Below are positions 7,464-16,538 of a DNA stretch of 27,044 nucleotides, in pieces (the first letter of the stretch is position 1; every line of letters begins with the position of its first letter). A program made the position numbers and the translations under genes. The notes beneath the pieces are model-generated. The model was not told the origin of the DNA. It ran no database searches and worked only from the letters and a program-made list of their open reading frames with translations. Source of the stretch: a virus (Duplodnaviria; Caudoviricetes); the IMG/VR virus record IMGVR_UViG_3300048857_000029, positions 1 to 27,044 of that record; one strand, given 5' to 3'.

Positions 7464-7489
7464 GGAACATTTCATCTGAGAAAAGGGTT
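7464..7489 (+). promoter_or_regulatory. EcfG/RpoE2-type promoter of the 7530 ORF
   Basis: GGAAC-N17-GGTT, 40 nt before the ATG. Confidence 0.6.
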
Positions 7490-7529
7490 CTTGCAGATGC
7501 TGCCCTGGAACGGTTCCGAGCGGTGAAAG

Positions 7530-7790
7530 ATGGATCTGAAGAAGGCAGGAATATCGCGGCTGCTTTTGGCCGCACCAGATCTGCGTCGCAGCACGTGGAT
7601 GATGCAAAGCCCCGCATTTCTTAAGATGTGCGAGGAGTATGAGCACGCGTGCCTGCAACGCGACGTCCTTCGATGCGCAGTCGAGAAAGACGACGAGGCC
7701 CTCCTTGGATCCGAGGCGGAGTGCAGAAGCCTAGAAGCTGCGGCGATCGCTTACATTCGGAAGCAGCGGCAATTTTCCGGATTTAAGTGA
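7530..7790 (+). CDS. Small helical protein, paralogue of 8151-8480
   Basis: Ungapped alignment with the 8151 ORF (AGxxRLxLAxPxxR-x8-PAFxx[ML]CxxYE). Confidence 0.8.
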   Translation: MDLKKAGISRLLLAAPDLRRSTWMMQSPAFLKMCEEYEHACLQRDVLRCAVEKDDEALLGSEAECRSLEAAAIAYIRKQRQFSGFK

Positions 7791-7956
7791 CGTTTTCAGG
7801 GCAGCAGCGCCATGAGAAGCGACGCAATAAAAGCGACTGCGGCGAGAATTGCAGTCCATTCTATTATCTTCACTCGCTCGATTGGACGCATCGCACTCCT
7901 CCTTCGGGGCGCCCCTAAAACCCAAACGCTTCGTAATAAGGATGGTTGCAGCGGCT

Positions 7957-8010
7957 CCCTCATCCCCGAACACGAGTTCGAGGGCGACGGGAAGAGTTTC
8001 CGGAGCCATA
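7957..8010. repeat. 54-bp direct repeat, copy 2 (second GH108-like 5' stub, MAPETLPVALELVFGDEG on the minus strand)
   Basis: ccctcatccccgaacacgagttcgagggcgacgggaagagtttccggagccata, preceded on the minus strand by an AGGAG RBS. Confidence 0.95.
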
Positions 8011-8086
8011 TGATCTCCTAGTGATGATTTTTGACTTCGCCTTGGAGGCGATAGAAGCCCCTCATCTGAGAGGGTGAACGTTTCGC

Positions 8087-8112
8087 GGAACTTTTTCCTA
8101 ACGATCTCCGTT
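8087..8112 (+). promoter_or_regulatory. EcfG/RpoE2-type promoter of the 8151 ORF
   Basis: GGAAC-tttttcctaacgatctc (17 nt)-CGTT, an exact consensus match. Confidence 0.75.
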
Positions 8113-8150
8113 CGGCATCAGCTTCGGCGACTGCGTCAGAGAGAACCGCT

Positions 8151-8480
8151 ATGAACGAATATTCTGGGAGCAGCAGCCATCCCGACGAAGATGACATGCT
8201 GCGGGAGCAGATGAACTCTGGGATCCCCCTAATCCGGGCGGGCCGAGCACGCCTCCGGCTCGCTCTGCCCCGGCATCGGGACATAATCCTGAGTACCCGG
8301 ACGCCGGCTTTCCAAAGCCTTTGCAGAACCTACGAGGTCACTGCATTAATGGTAGACAAGCTCCGCAAAGAAGTCCCGTGCCGCGCGGAGCTGTTGGCGG
8401 AATACGAGCAAATCTGCCACGGCATCGAGGATGATGCGGCCGCAATGCTGGACGGAGAGAAGAGCGATCGGTGGCGTTAA
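8151..8480 (+). CDS. Small helical protein, paralogue of 7530-7790
   Basis: Alignment with the 7530 ORF. Its stop overlaps the convergent stop at 8477. Confidence 0.8.
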   Translation: MNEYSGSSSHPDEDDMLREQMNSGIPLIRAGRARLRLALPRHRDIILSTRTPAFQSLCRTYEVTALMVDKLRKEVPCRAELLAEYEQICHGIEDDAAAMLDGEKSDRWR

Positions 8481-8809
8481 GACGGCCACTCGAACGCCGG
8501 CAGCTCCGCGATGAACTCTTCGACGCTCGGCTGCGGTCGCTCGCCGGCGAGCACCTTCACCAGTTCGGCCGTGGAATAGGTCCATACGGCCGATCGCCAG
8601 GCGAAGAGCGCATCGCCCTCGGCCGAGAACTGCGGATTTGGATCGCCGCGATAGGTGATGGCGGTCTGGATGCCGTCATATTGGCGCTCGCGTGCCTTGG
8701 CATCGAGATGCGCCTGGATGGCGGCGGAGTATTGCGACTGAAGTGCAGCACGCGCTTCCGCCGCTTTCTGCTCGGCCGTGACGACCTTCGATAGATCAAC
8801 CGTCCACAT
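8477..8809 (-). CDS. Tail fibre assembly-type protein
   Basis: MWTVDLSKVVTAEQK...HLDAKARERQYD...FSAEGDALFAWRSAVW...LPAFEWP. Position after the fibre gene. GAGGAG RBS. Confidence 0.75.
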   Translation of the reverse strand: MWTVDLSKVVTAEQKAAEARAALQSQYSAAIQAHLDAKARERQYDGIQTAITYRGDPNPQFSAEGDALFAWRSAVWTYSTAELVKVLAGERPQPSVEEFIAELPAFEWPS

Positions 8810-9146
8810 TGGCAGGCTCCTCTTCAACTTCTATGGGATCGGCGATCGGCGCCGGATCGGCTGGCAACACAAGCAGACCGTCCGGCGGATCGATAATCGG
8901 CGTCGGAAAAGCAACGGCAGGGGACGGGTTAGAGCCGTGCGGCAGTATGAGCGTCAGCCGCAGCTCGCCTCCGACACGCTCGATCGGGCCCATGAGCAAG
9001 CCGCAAGGAACCTCGCCGGCGGGAATGGTGGCACCATCAGGCAGCGCGGAAAAATCAAAGACGTCGCCATTGATCGTCAGTATGTCGCCGGACTTCGAGA
9101 CCGTCATCGCGTCATCGCGTCGCTGCGGAGAAAGATCAATCTTCAT
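8796..9146 (-). CDS. Phage protein downstream of the tail fibre (probable chaperone/accessory)
   Basis: TGATG-coupled to the fibre gene. MKIDLSPQRRDD...INGDVFDFSALPDGATIP. Confidence 0.75.
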   Translation of the reverse strand: MKIDLSPQRRDDAMTVSKSGDILTINGDVFDFSALPDGATIPAGEVPCGLLMGPIERVGGELRLTLILPHGSNPSPAVAFPTPIIDPPDGLLVLPADPAPIADPIEVEEEPANVDG

Positions 9147-10279
9147 CAGAACCACCTTCCGAATGCTGTCCACATTGCCTGAACCGTCGTGGTGAAGGCC
9201 GCCGTCGTTTGAATGAGGATATTGCCGCCCGTTTGGGCCGGATATCGCGCTGCTCCGTACTTCGTCAGGTTGGCGAAGCTCGCCGAACCCTCTGACTGAA
9301 AGCCGAGTGTGGCCACGAAACGCGGGTTTCCTTCTGTCAGTACAAAGGCAGCTGGAAAGGTGACTACGATATTGTAAGCGCCAGCGCCGCCGACAGTGGC
9401 TGACGTGATATCGATCCCTCCGCCGCAAAGCATCGTTCCGTCCGCAAACTTGGTATAGCTGCCGTTGGCGTTCACTCCGCGCTCGATTATAGCCCCAGCC
9501 GGAATTCCGCCCGATTGCGCCACGGTTCCTACTATTTCCCCGGCTAGCCTTCTCCAAACCGACCAAGTTGTACCATTGTAAAACCTACCCCAACTTGCCG
9601 ACTCGGTTGACGTGCTAAGAACATAGACTTGCCATCGATGCGAAAAACGCCCCGTGACTTTCATAATCCCGGCATAGATTGCGGAACCTGCCCCAGAAGG
9701 TCCATTCACCCAACTGTCCGTGATGGCATAGGTCCCCGGAACAGTGACAGTATTAAAGTCACCGTCGGATAGGCCGACGCCGGCCGCACTCGGCACGGGT
9801 GAAGGAAACCCGCCATTTACCGGGCCAAGCTTGCCAAGCAGCCCGAGCATGTCCGCAGCAGACATGATGTCTCGTCCCTTCGCCTTAATGTCCGCAAGGG
9901 CACCGGAGTTAGCCCCTGTGAAGTAGGCGAACTTGTCAGCCGCCGGCGCCAGCCCGGCCAAAGCCGTCAACGCCGCATTGTCGAGCCGCTGGATGTAGGT
10001 CGAAAGAGCCTGAGCATTGACAGTCTGCTGCTGCAGGTACGCCGTGTCGCGAACAATCCAGTAGCCCTGCCCGGCCGCCGTGGTGCCGCGCCAGGGTTTT
10101 GCCAGCGTAAGCTGGGTGTTGCTGTCGACCGACAGGATAGGCACGGGGTTGCCGTTGTTGCTGTCGAGCCCGAAGAGCCCGCCGGCAATCAACGCCGTGA
10201 CCCAAGCAGTTCCGGTACCGGTCACCACGGCGCTGCCGGCGGTCACGGAAACCGTGCCCGTTACATAGGGTATGGTCAT
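9146..10279 (-). CDS. Tail fibre / receptor-binding protein
   Basis: N-terminal YVTGTVSVTAGSAVVTGTGT anchor, AADKFAYFTG, knob-like DFNTVTVPGTY...WSVWR, C-terminal NANGSYTKFADGTMLC. Confidence 0.88.
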   Translation of the reverse strand: MTIPYVTGTVSVTAGSAVVTGTGTAWVTALIAGGLFGLDSNNGNPVPILSVDSNTQLTLAKPWRGTTAAGQGYWIVRDTAYLQQQTVNAQALSTYIQRLDNAALTALAGLAPAADKFAYFTGANSGALADIKAKGRDIMSAADMLGLLGKLGPVNGGFPSPVPSAAGVGLSDGDFNTVTVPGTYAITDSWVNGPSGAGSAIYAGIMKVTGRFSHRWQVYVLSTSTESASWGRFYNGTTWSVWRRLAGEIVGTVAQSGGIPAGAIIERGVNANGSYTKFADGTMLCGGGIDITSATVGGAGAYNIVVTFPAAFVLTEGNPRFVATLGFQSEGSASFANLTKYGAARYPAQTGGNILIQTTAAFTTTVQAMWTAFGRWF

Positions 10280-10290
10280 GTCAGATTTTC

Positions 10291-11793
10291 CTAAGCTGGG
10301 ATGCCAAAGATGTAGTAGCGAATGCCCAACGGCGGATCAGCGCCGTCGGTGTGCCATTCGAAATCATCGCCTTCGTAGTAGTCGCCGACATTGCCGCGAA
10401 AGGTGCGGAACCGCGCGTTGTTCGCGGTCAATTCGCAGTAGGTGCTGTTGCCGGTGTGAAATTGCCCCTGATACCCATATTTCAGGATATCCAGGAAAGG
10501 CATGCGCACCCGGTTCTGCCAAGATGCGTTGATGCTGAAGAGACTCCCGCCTCCGTGATAGGTCATGTATTTGACCATTGGGAACATGCCGGCTCCGTCG
10601 AAGGGGATATCGACAACGTTGCCGTTCCCGGACGTGACGTTGAAATAGCCCTCCGCCAGGACTTGCACCTGCGGCCAGCGGGTGTCTATGATGATGTCCG
10701 CCCACGACGGAGGATTTGCGGCGCCAGGTCTAAGGAACTGCACGACGTCTTGCGTTCCGTCGTTGAATTGCCGAAGGACGTTATACGTCCCGGACGTCGG
10801 CCCGCTATTATCCTCCAGATACAACATGAACCGAGCGCGCATCGCCTGCGTCGCATCGAAATAGATGCGCGTACCGTCGAACCAGTACTCAGCCCCGAAT
10901 TTCAAATCCACGGGATTGTTCGGGTACATGATCGTGGAACCCGTGTAGAAATGTACGTCCAGCGCAACATTGTCGGTGACGGGAAATCCGCACTCATAGA
11001 ACGATTGGCCGGATGGAAGCGCGATGTCAGCCGCTCTGATGACTTTGACCGGCAAGCGAGTGCTGTCGAACGCAAGCTGCGCGTAAGTCGCGATATCGAC
11101 GTTATACCCCGGCTTCGCAATCTTCATTGCATTGCTAGCAATCCGGATAGTTTTGGCACCGTTCGGCGCCAGGTTAGGGGCGTCGGCGATCGGCGTGTTA
11201 TCTCCGGGAAAGTCCCAAACGACGAGACGGCGGTAGCGGGTCGAGAACGGGTTAAAGGCGTCGATATCGTCTTGCTGATCGATGAACACAGCGGTGCATG
11301 AATCCGAACTCCAACTCGTCCCGTTGGGGTATTCGCTGGCGTTAATCAGCCAGCTTCCCTGGTCACGGTTGCCGGTGAAATAGGAGCCGCCGCGTCCGGA
11401 CCGGTATTTGCCCTTATCCTCCCAATCGACCATATTTTGGTTATAGCGAATGCTGCCGTTGCCCTTGCGTTGCTTCCAATCGAACAGAGGGACGTTGTAG
11501 CGGAGCTTCGGGAAGAACGCCTTGTCGTAAATCCAAATACTTTCACCGGAGCCGCCAAATTCCAGCGTTTCAAAGTTGCTACGGGGTGCACCTGCGGGAG
11601 TTGTTCGGACGCCTTGCCCGCCAAAGGTATTGCAGACCGTGATGTCGGCAACTTCCATGTTGAGATACTTGGAATTGTAGAGAAACTTCGACCGTTGGCT
11701 GTCCGGCGTCGTGCGCGGATCGTCGGCGTTGTTTTTCGTGATTTTGAGGCAGCCTGCACCGGTCGAGTCGACCCCTATCATTGTGCGGACCAT
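10291..11793 (-). CDS. Phage tail tip-associated structural protein
   Basis: 500-aa beta-rich ORF between the J-like tip protein and the fibre, coupled to the upstream gene. KIAKPGYNV motif. Confidence 0.7.
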   Translation of the reverse strand: MVRTMIGVDSTGAGCLKITKNNADDPRTTPDSQRSKFLYNSKYLNMEVADITVCNTFGGQGVRTTPAGAPRSNFETLEFGGSGESIWIYDKAFFPKLRYNVPLFDWKQRKGNGSIRYNQNMVDWEDKGKYRSGRGGSYFTGNRDQGSWLINASEYPNGTSWSSDSCTAVFIDQQDDIDAFNPFSTRYRRLVVWDFPGDNTPIADAPNLAPNGAKTIRIASNAMKIAKPGYNVDIATYAQLAFDSTRLPVKVIRAADIALPSGQSFYECGFPVTDNVALDVHFYTGSTIMYPNNPVDLKFGAEYWFDGTRIYFDATQAMRARFMLYLEDNSGPTSGTYNVLRQFNDGTQDVVQFLRPGAANPPSWADIIIDTRWPQVQVLAEGYFNVTSGNGNVVDIPFDGAGMFPMVKYMTYHGGGSLFSINASWQNRVRMPFLDILKYGYQGQFHTGNSTYCELTANNARFRTFRGNVGDYYEGDDFEWHTDGADPPLGIRYYIFGIPA

Positions 11794-14444
11794 CAGCTAA
11801 AGATCTCCATCGTGCCGTTGTTGAGGTCGATTTTCATTTTGCCGTTCAGTGACTGAAGGAGACCGGAGTTGACCGTGCCGATATCGGCGACGGCGAGCTT
11901 CAGGACACCGCCCTCAAAGACGAGCGGATAGTGCCGGCTGTTGCCGGACGTGACGAGGAACTGATCCGCCTGGACGGCCATGCGCGACTTCTGCACGCCG
12001 CCCTCGGTGTAAAGCTCGACATAGAAGCCTGAGACCTTGAAGCTCTGGCTGGTGCCGGCCCGCAGCAACACCGAGAAGCGGGCATCGACCCCGGTCGGAG
12101 CCGCGACCGCTTCGAACTTCACCAGACCTTGCGCGAAGCGGCCGTTGAAATCGGCACTCACGCCGGAGATGCTGGTCGCGAGCGCGCTGTCGCCATTGGC
12201 ACGCGCGGTCTCCTCCTGGATGATGCGCGCCAGGTTGCCATCAACCTCCGCATCGAGCGAAGTGATCGAACTCGCAAGCGCGCTGTCGGCCGTCGCGCGT
12301 ACCGTCTCCTCGGTGATCAGCCGCGCATTGGTCTCGCCGAAGCTCGCCTGCAGATACTTCAGGAGCTGCGCCGTCGCCTCGTTCTCCGAGACGCGGACGC
12401 GCCGCTCCTCGGTGATCTGCGCCAGCGCGTCACCTATCGAGGCAACGATCTGCTGCCGCTCGATCTGGCCGACGGCACCTTCAAGTGAGAAGGCATCCAG
12501 CAGCTCGACGAGGCGCGGCCGGAAGAACTCGTCCATCTCCTGCTGCAGTTCCTTGAAGCGGTTGAGCGCATCGTCCTGCAGCTGCTGCAGGCCGGTGAGC
12601 AGCGTCTGCAGCCCGGTCGGCTGCGCTGTCGTTTTCCAGGGCGTAAAGGTGCGCAGCCGGTCGGGCACGGTCGTGATCGTCGCCCGGGCATTGTAGACCT
12701 TGCCGGAAACGACGTTCTTCGTGGTGCGGAACAGGCCATCCTCAGGCGAGGTGCACTGATCCTCGAAGATCTCTGTAGTGCCCTCGATCTGGTAGACGAA
12801 GCGCACGGCCGTGATAGTCGGATCGTCCGGCGGGGTCCAGGTGAAGACGAGCGCCGGCGTGTCGTAGCCCTGCGCGCCGTTGATCATGCCGACGGCAACG
12901 TTGAAGTTCTGCACGGTCGAGAGCAGCGACGGATTGATCGGCGGCGTGGGCGGGATGACGATCGGGCCCGGCGCAATACCGGCGTCGTCATAGATTGCCG
13001 CGCTGGTCTCGGAGAGCACCAGCGTAATCCGCAGCCGATCGTCCGCCCGCCACTCGCTGATCAGCCAGCTCTTGCCACGCCAGGTGATCCACTCGCCTTC
13101 CTGCACCGCAAGGCCGAAGCGGCGGCTGACGGGAACCGTCGCCTTGCCGCCCATGCGGTTCTGCCGATAGCGGATGTTGAGCAGATATTGTGCAATGTCC
13201 GGATCGGTCACCTGAAGGAAATCGATGCTCGTCTGCCGGTTCCGGCCGTCGGCGGCGATGTCAGCATTGACGTAGACCGGCTTCAGGCTTTCCGGGTTCC
13301 ACATCGATTCGATCGAGGTGAACTGGCCGGAAAGGTGATTGAAGCGCTCGAAAGCCGAAGGCCGGAACTGCACGTCCTTCGCCCGGTCGATCGGAATGTC
13401 GGCCGCGGTCAGGTCCTTGACCGGGATCTGCGGTGCGCCCGGAATGACGCCGGAGAGACCGCGGCGGTTGAGGCCATAGCCTGCCATCGCATCGTCGAAC
13501 TGCTTCAGCACCTCGGTGTGATCGTCGTCGCCGCTGACGAACAACGAGCACTCATAGGTTTTCTTGCCGTTCGTCCGCAGCGTGTCGCAGACGTTCATCG
13601 CCACGAAATAGGTGGCGAGATCGATCTGACCGAGGCTCTTGCCCTCGCCGATCAGAGTGCGGCCGGAAATGAGCGCGCGCAGGCCCAGCTGATAGTTGAG
13701 GCGGTGCACGGCCGGGTTCTTCGTGTGCGCCCAGGTCGACGGCGTACCGAGCCGCTGCGGCCCGGAGCCGCCGGCAACCGTCGAGTCCTTGCGCGGATCG
13801 TATTCGCGAAGCCCGCGCAGCACGAATTCAAGTTCCGGCCGGCCCTTCGAACCGAAGAGCTTGTCGCTATAGATGCGCTCGACGACGACGTAGCAGATGC
13901 CGGCATTGACGCTCGTGCTCTTCCACTTGTTGCCCAGAGTAGCGGTGACGTCGACGAGCTTCTGATCGACCAGCTGACCCGGCCTGCCATCATAAAAGCG
14001 GATCGTCAGGACCGGGTCGCCAGAGCCGTTGACGAAGCCATCAATATGATAGTTCGCGACCTCGTTGCCGATGACCGGCCGGGACACCAGCGCTTTCTTC
14101 TCGCCGTAAATGTAGACGTAGGGCTCCAGCCCGTCGCACCAGCCGTTCGCGAGCACGAAGACCTCGGCATTCCATTTGTTGCCGCTGCCCCACTTGGCAT
14201 AGAAAGTCCGCTGCCCCTTGGTCTTGCCGACGCCGTAGAGCGTGCTGACAGACACGTCGCCGCCGAACTGGATCTCGCCCTGGACGGCCGTGTATTTCCG
14301 CTTTTGCTGCTTCTGCTGGCCGAGCTTGCCGATCGCCAGCTTGGCACCGAAAGCGAGCGCGCCGCCAATGAGGCTGGTTGCGAGCGCAGAGCCGCCGAAC
14401 AGCGCACCGGCGATGGCCGTCGCAATAGAGGTGAAGATTGCCAT
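11793..14444 (-). CDS. Tail tip / central fibre protein (lambda J-like)
   Basis: 883 aa. N-terminal hydrophobic segment, LRGLREYDPR, KNPAV, FnIII-like region, EETARA repeats, C-terminal DLNNGTMEI. Confidence 0.88.
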   Translation of the reverse strand: MAIFTSIATAIAGALFGGSALATSLIGGALAFGAKLAIGKLGQQKQQKRKYTAVQGEIQFGGDVSVSTLYGVGKTKGQRTFYAKWGSGNKWNAEVFVLANGWCDGLEPYVYIYGEKKALVSRPVIGNEVANYHIDGFVNGSGDPVLTIRFYDGRPGQLVDQKLVDVTATLGNKWKSTSVNAGICYVVVERIYSDKLFGSKGRPELEFVLRGLREYDPRKDSTVAGGSGPQRLGTPSTWAHTKNPAVHRLNYQLGLRALISGRTLIGEGKSLGQIDLATYFVAMNVCDTLRTNGKKTYECSLFVSGDDDHTEVLKQFDDAMAGYGLNRRGLSGVIPGAPQIPVKDLTAADIPIDRAKDVQFRPSAFERFNHLSGQFTSIESMWNPESLKPVYVNADIAADGRNRQTSIDFLQVTDPDIAQYLLNIRYRQNRMGGKATVPVSRRFGLAVQEGEWITWRGKSWLISEWRADDRLRITLVLSETSAAIYDDAGIAPGPIVIPPTPPINPSLLSTVQNFNVAVGMINGAQGYDTPALVFTWTPPDDPTITAVRFVYQIEGTTEIFEDQCTSPEDGLFRTTKNVVSGKVYNARATITTVPDRLRTFTPWKTTAQPTGLQTLLTGLQQLQDDALNRFKELQQEMDEFFRPRLVELLDAFSLEGAVGQIERQQIVASIGDALAQITEERRVRVSENEATAQLLKYLQASFGETNARLITEETVRATADSALASSITSLDAEVDGNLARIIQEETARANGDSALATSISGVSADFNGRFAQGLVKFEAVAAPTGVDARFSVLLRAGTSQSFKVSGFYVELYTEGGVQKSRMAVQADQFLVTSGNSRHYPLVFEGGVLKLAVADIGTVNSGLLQSLNGKMKIDLNNGTMEIFS

Positions 14445-14450
14445 GTCAGG

Positions 14451-14855
14451 TTATCCGAGGTGAAAGGCTGCAATGACGTCGGCGAGGCCATGATCGGTCC
14501 GGCCGCGCTCGGTCTTGGTCACGAAACGAGCACCAAGGCAGATGCCGACATGCTCGGCGCCATCGGAGAGGCGCAGGATGACGAGATCGCCGAGGCGCGC
14601 TTCCGCCCCGCCCTTCGGCTCCTGGCCGAGCTCGGCCGAGAAGAAGCTCACCAGCGATGCGAGCCCGTGCCGACGTAGCGCCCGCTGCGCGCCGGCGAGC
14701 GTGCGGTAGGCGCCGCGGTACTTCTCGGCCACCGCCGAGCCCGTCAGCGCGTCGATGAAGGCGCAGCCGAGCATGAAGCAATCGGCCGAGCCATAGGCAT
14801 AGGGTTTCGCAAGCTCACGCGCGAGCGTGGCTTCGACAATGCGGAAGCGGTTCAT
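14451..14855 (-). CDS. NlpC/P60-like tail assembly protein
   Basis: PYAYGSADCFML, ARLGDLV, HVGICLG (Cys/His pair). Position between hub and tip genes. Confidence 0.8.
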   Translation of the reverse strand: MNRFRIVEATLARELAKPYAYGSADCFMLGCAFIDALTGSAVAEKYRGAYRTLAGAQRALRRHGLASLVSFFSAELGQEPKGGAEARLGDLVILRLSDGAEHVGICLGARFVTKTERGRTDHGLADVIAAFHLG

Positions 14856-14973
14856 TGAAGTTTCCTGACTCGACTAATAATAGTCGGCCCGCTTGGATGT
14901 TTGTAACAGTGGTTGATCAGACCGCTCTTGCACCGGTATGTCGCTTTTGAGTTCGCATAGTCAGAGAAGAAAT

Positions 14974-15267
14974 ATGATCTGGAACATCATCGACCGGCGA
15001 ACACGCCCGTTCCGTTGGAAAAGCGTCAATGTCATCATTGAAGCTGTGGAGCACGACAACAGTTGCCCAGATGCCGATCAGGCCGAAAAAATTCCCGCAG
15101 AGTTGGTGATCGACTACGATCAGATGGACAACGTATCAATTCACGAAGCCATCTCATGGGCAAATCAGCAACGTTGCCCCGTAACTCTCTACATCTACGA
15201 TTCAGACGAAGCGACTACCGAAGAACATTTCGACGCAGTGAGCAGCCGTTTCAAGAACGAAGACTGA
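14974..15267 (+). CDS. Hypothetical acidic protein (antisense accessory gene in the tail operon)
   Basis: MIWNIIDRR... fills the whole gap between two tail genes and is more AT-rich than its flanks. Confidence 0.75.
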   Translation: MIWNIIDRRTRPFRWKSVNVIIEAVEHDNSCPDADQAEKIPAELVIDYDQMDNVSIHEAISWANQQRCPVTLYIYDSDEATTEEHFDAVSSRFKNED

Positions 15268-15297
15268 CCCGTTGGGAGAGTTTAAGCTCACGGCCGC

Positions 15298-15888
15298 CTA
15301 GCGCGAAACCTGTCCCCATTCCTCGGGGATGGTCGCATTCGTCGCCACGTGCTCCAGGCCCGTGTCGGTCGGACTGTTGTCGAACTGCTGTTCGGCCTGC
15401 GAGCGTCTGACGCCGGTCGAGCCCCGCGCCGAGCGGCCGGGCGGCTGTAGGTCGATCATCATCGTCAGCGCCCGTTCGGAGCCTGAGACTGCGCCCTCGT
15501 TGTAGCGGATCTGGTCGATCTCGTAGATCGACGAGGCGAGGATACCGAGGACCGCATCCGTTTCGGGATCGCCAGCTAGATGGGAAATGATCACCGGAGC
15601 ATTCTGGTAGTTGTATTGCTCAATCTGAGCGACTGCGTCCTCGGGGTTGCTGACTGGGATGTTTGAGAAGACGATAGTCCGCGTCGTCACGGCGACGCCC
15701 ACCGCGCTGACCAGTTCGCCCGGCTCGAGAAAGCGGTTCGGAAGATAGGTCAAGCCGTTATAGGTGTAGGGCCGACCGCCGCGATGGTAGCCAACGGTTT
15801 TGCCGGGTAAATCGAAGCGGATGAGGTCGAGCCGTGCAAGGCGGCCGGTCTCGAGCGCACTCTCGACTGCAGGATCCAGCACACTCAT
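15298..15888 (-). CDS. Minor tail / hub protein
   Basis: ATGA-coupled to the upstream gene. YTYNGLTY, RRSQAEQQ...DTGLEHV...WG. Confidence 0.78.
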   Translation of the reverse strand: MSVLDPAVESALETGRLARLDLIRFDLPGKTVGYHRGGRPYTYNGLTYLPNRFLEPGELVSAVGVAVTTRTIVFSNIPVSNPEDAVAQIEQYNYQNAPVIISHLAGDPETDAVLGILASSIYEIDQIRYNEGAVSGSERALTMMIDLQPPGRSARGSTGVRRSQAEQQFDNSPTDTGLEHVATNATIPEEWGQVSR

Positions 15889-16538
15889 GAGAAAAACATC
15901 TCCGTCGCGGAAAAAGAGGCTTCCCGACCGGCCCACGATTTCGGCGCCGCCACAGTGCCCGGATCAATACTCATGACACACGACGGCTTCTCGAGATGGA
16001 CTGTCGCCGACGTAGTGAAATGCTGGGTATCCAAGCCGAACATTATCGAGAGAGTGACCACGCCGCTGGCGTTCGCCGTGGCGTTCTCGACGATCCGATG
16101 AAGCGACCGGACGAGCGCCGACATCCTGAACTCAATGTAATCTCCTGCTGTTAGCTTGAAGGCAGCAGGCAGACCAGCAACAACGACGGTTCGGCTATTG
16201 GTGATGGACTGAAGAACCGCGCTGCCGTTGAAACCCCCTCCCCCTGCTTTCGTGCCGGAGAGCGGCTTTCCGTTGTTGTGGGCGATCGGGCGAGGCCGAA
16301 ACAGGTCGTAGCCGAGGAAAGGTGCGCCTCGCGAGCTCGACTTCATCACGAAGGCATCGAACAGCCCATAGATGGCAGGCGTCATCCAGTTTGTCGCGTA
16401 CTGGGCTCTCCAGAACGGAGTTCCGGCGGCCTGCTCTTCAGAACGCCGGCCTTCCATCATTGACACGTCTGTCGGATTGATGGGATCGAACTGGCAATCT
16501 CGCCACGGGAGCGTCGGCAGCAGAATCGGATCAGCCAT
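15885..16538 (-). CDS. Distal tail protein (probable)
   Basis: Immediately follows the tape measure gene. FWRAQY, LTAGDYIEF, LHRIVE. Confidence 0.75.
   Translation of the reverse strand: MADPILLPTLPWRDCQFDPINPTDVSMMEGRRSEEQAAGTPFWRAQYATNWMTPAIYGLFDAFVMKSSSRGAPFLGYDLFRPRPIAHNNGKPLSGTKAGGGGFNGSAVLQSITNSRTVVVAGLPAAFKLTAGDYIEFRMSALVRSLHRIVENATANASGVVTLSIMFGLDTQHFTTSATVHLEKPSCVMSIDPGTVAAPKSWAGREASFSATEMFFS

Noticed and set aside
7731-8009. 92-aa minus-strand ORF as an intact gene
   Set aside because: Only the first 18 codons match the repeat. The rest looks non-coding and overlaps the 7530 gene.
7000-8010. 54-bp repeats as CRISPR, att sites or a DGR template/variable pair
   Set aside because: Only two copies, about 950 bp apart. 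No cas, integrase or reverse transcriptase nearby. The mostly synonymous differences fit a coding relic better.
10351-11301. 316-aa plus-strand ORF
   Set aside because: Antisense shadow of the 500-aa tail protein.
13188-14678. 496-aa plus-strand ORF
   Set aside because: Antisense shadow of the J-like and NlpC/P60 genes, as expected in high-GC DNA. No motifs recognised.
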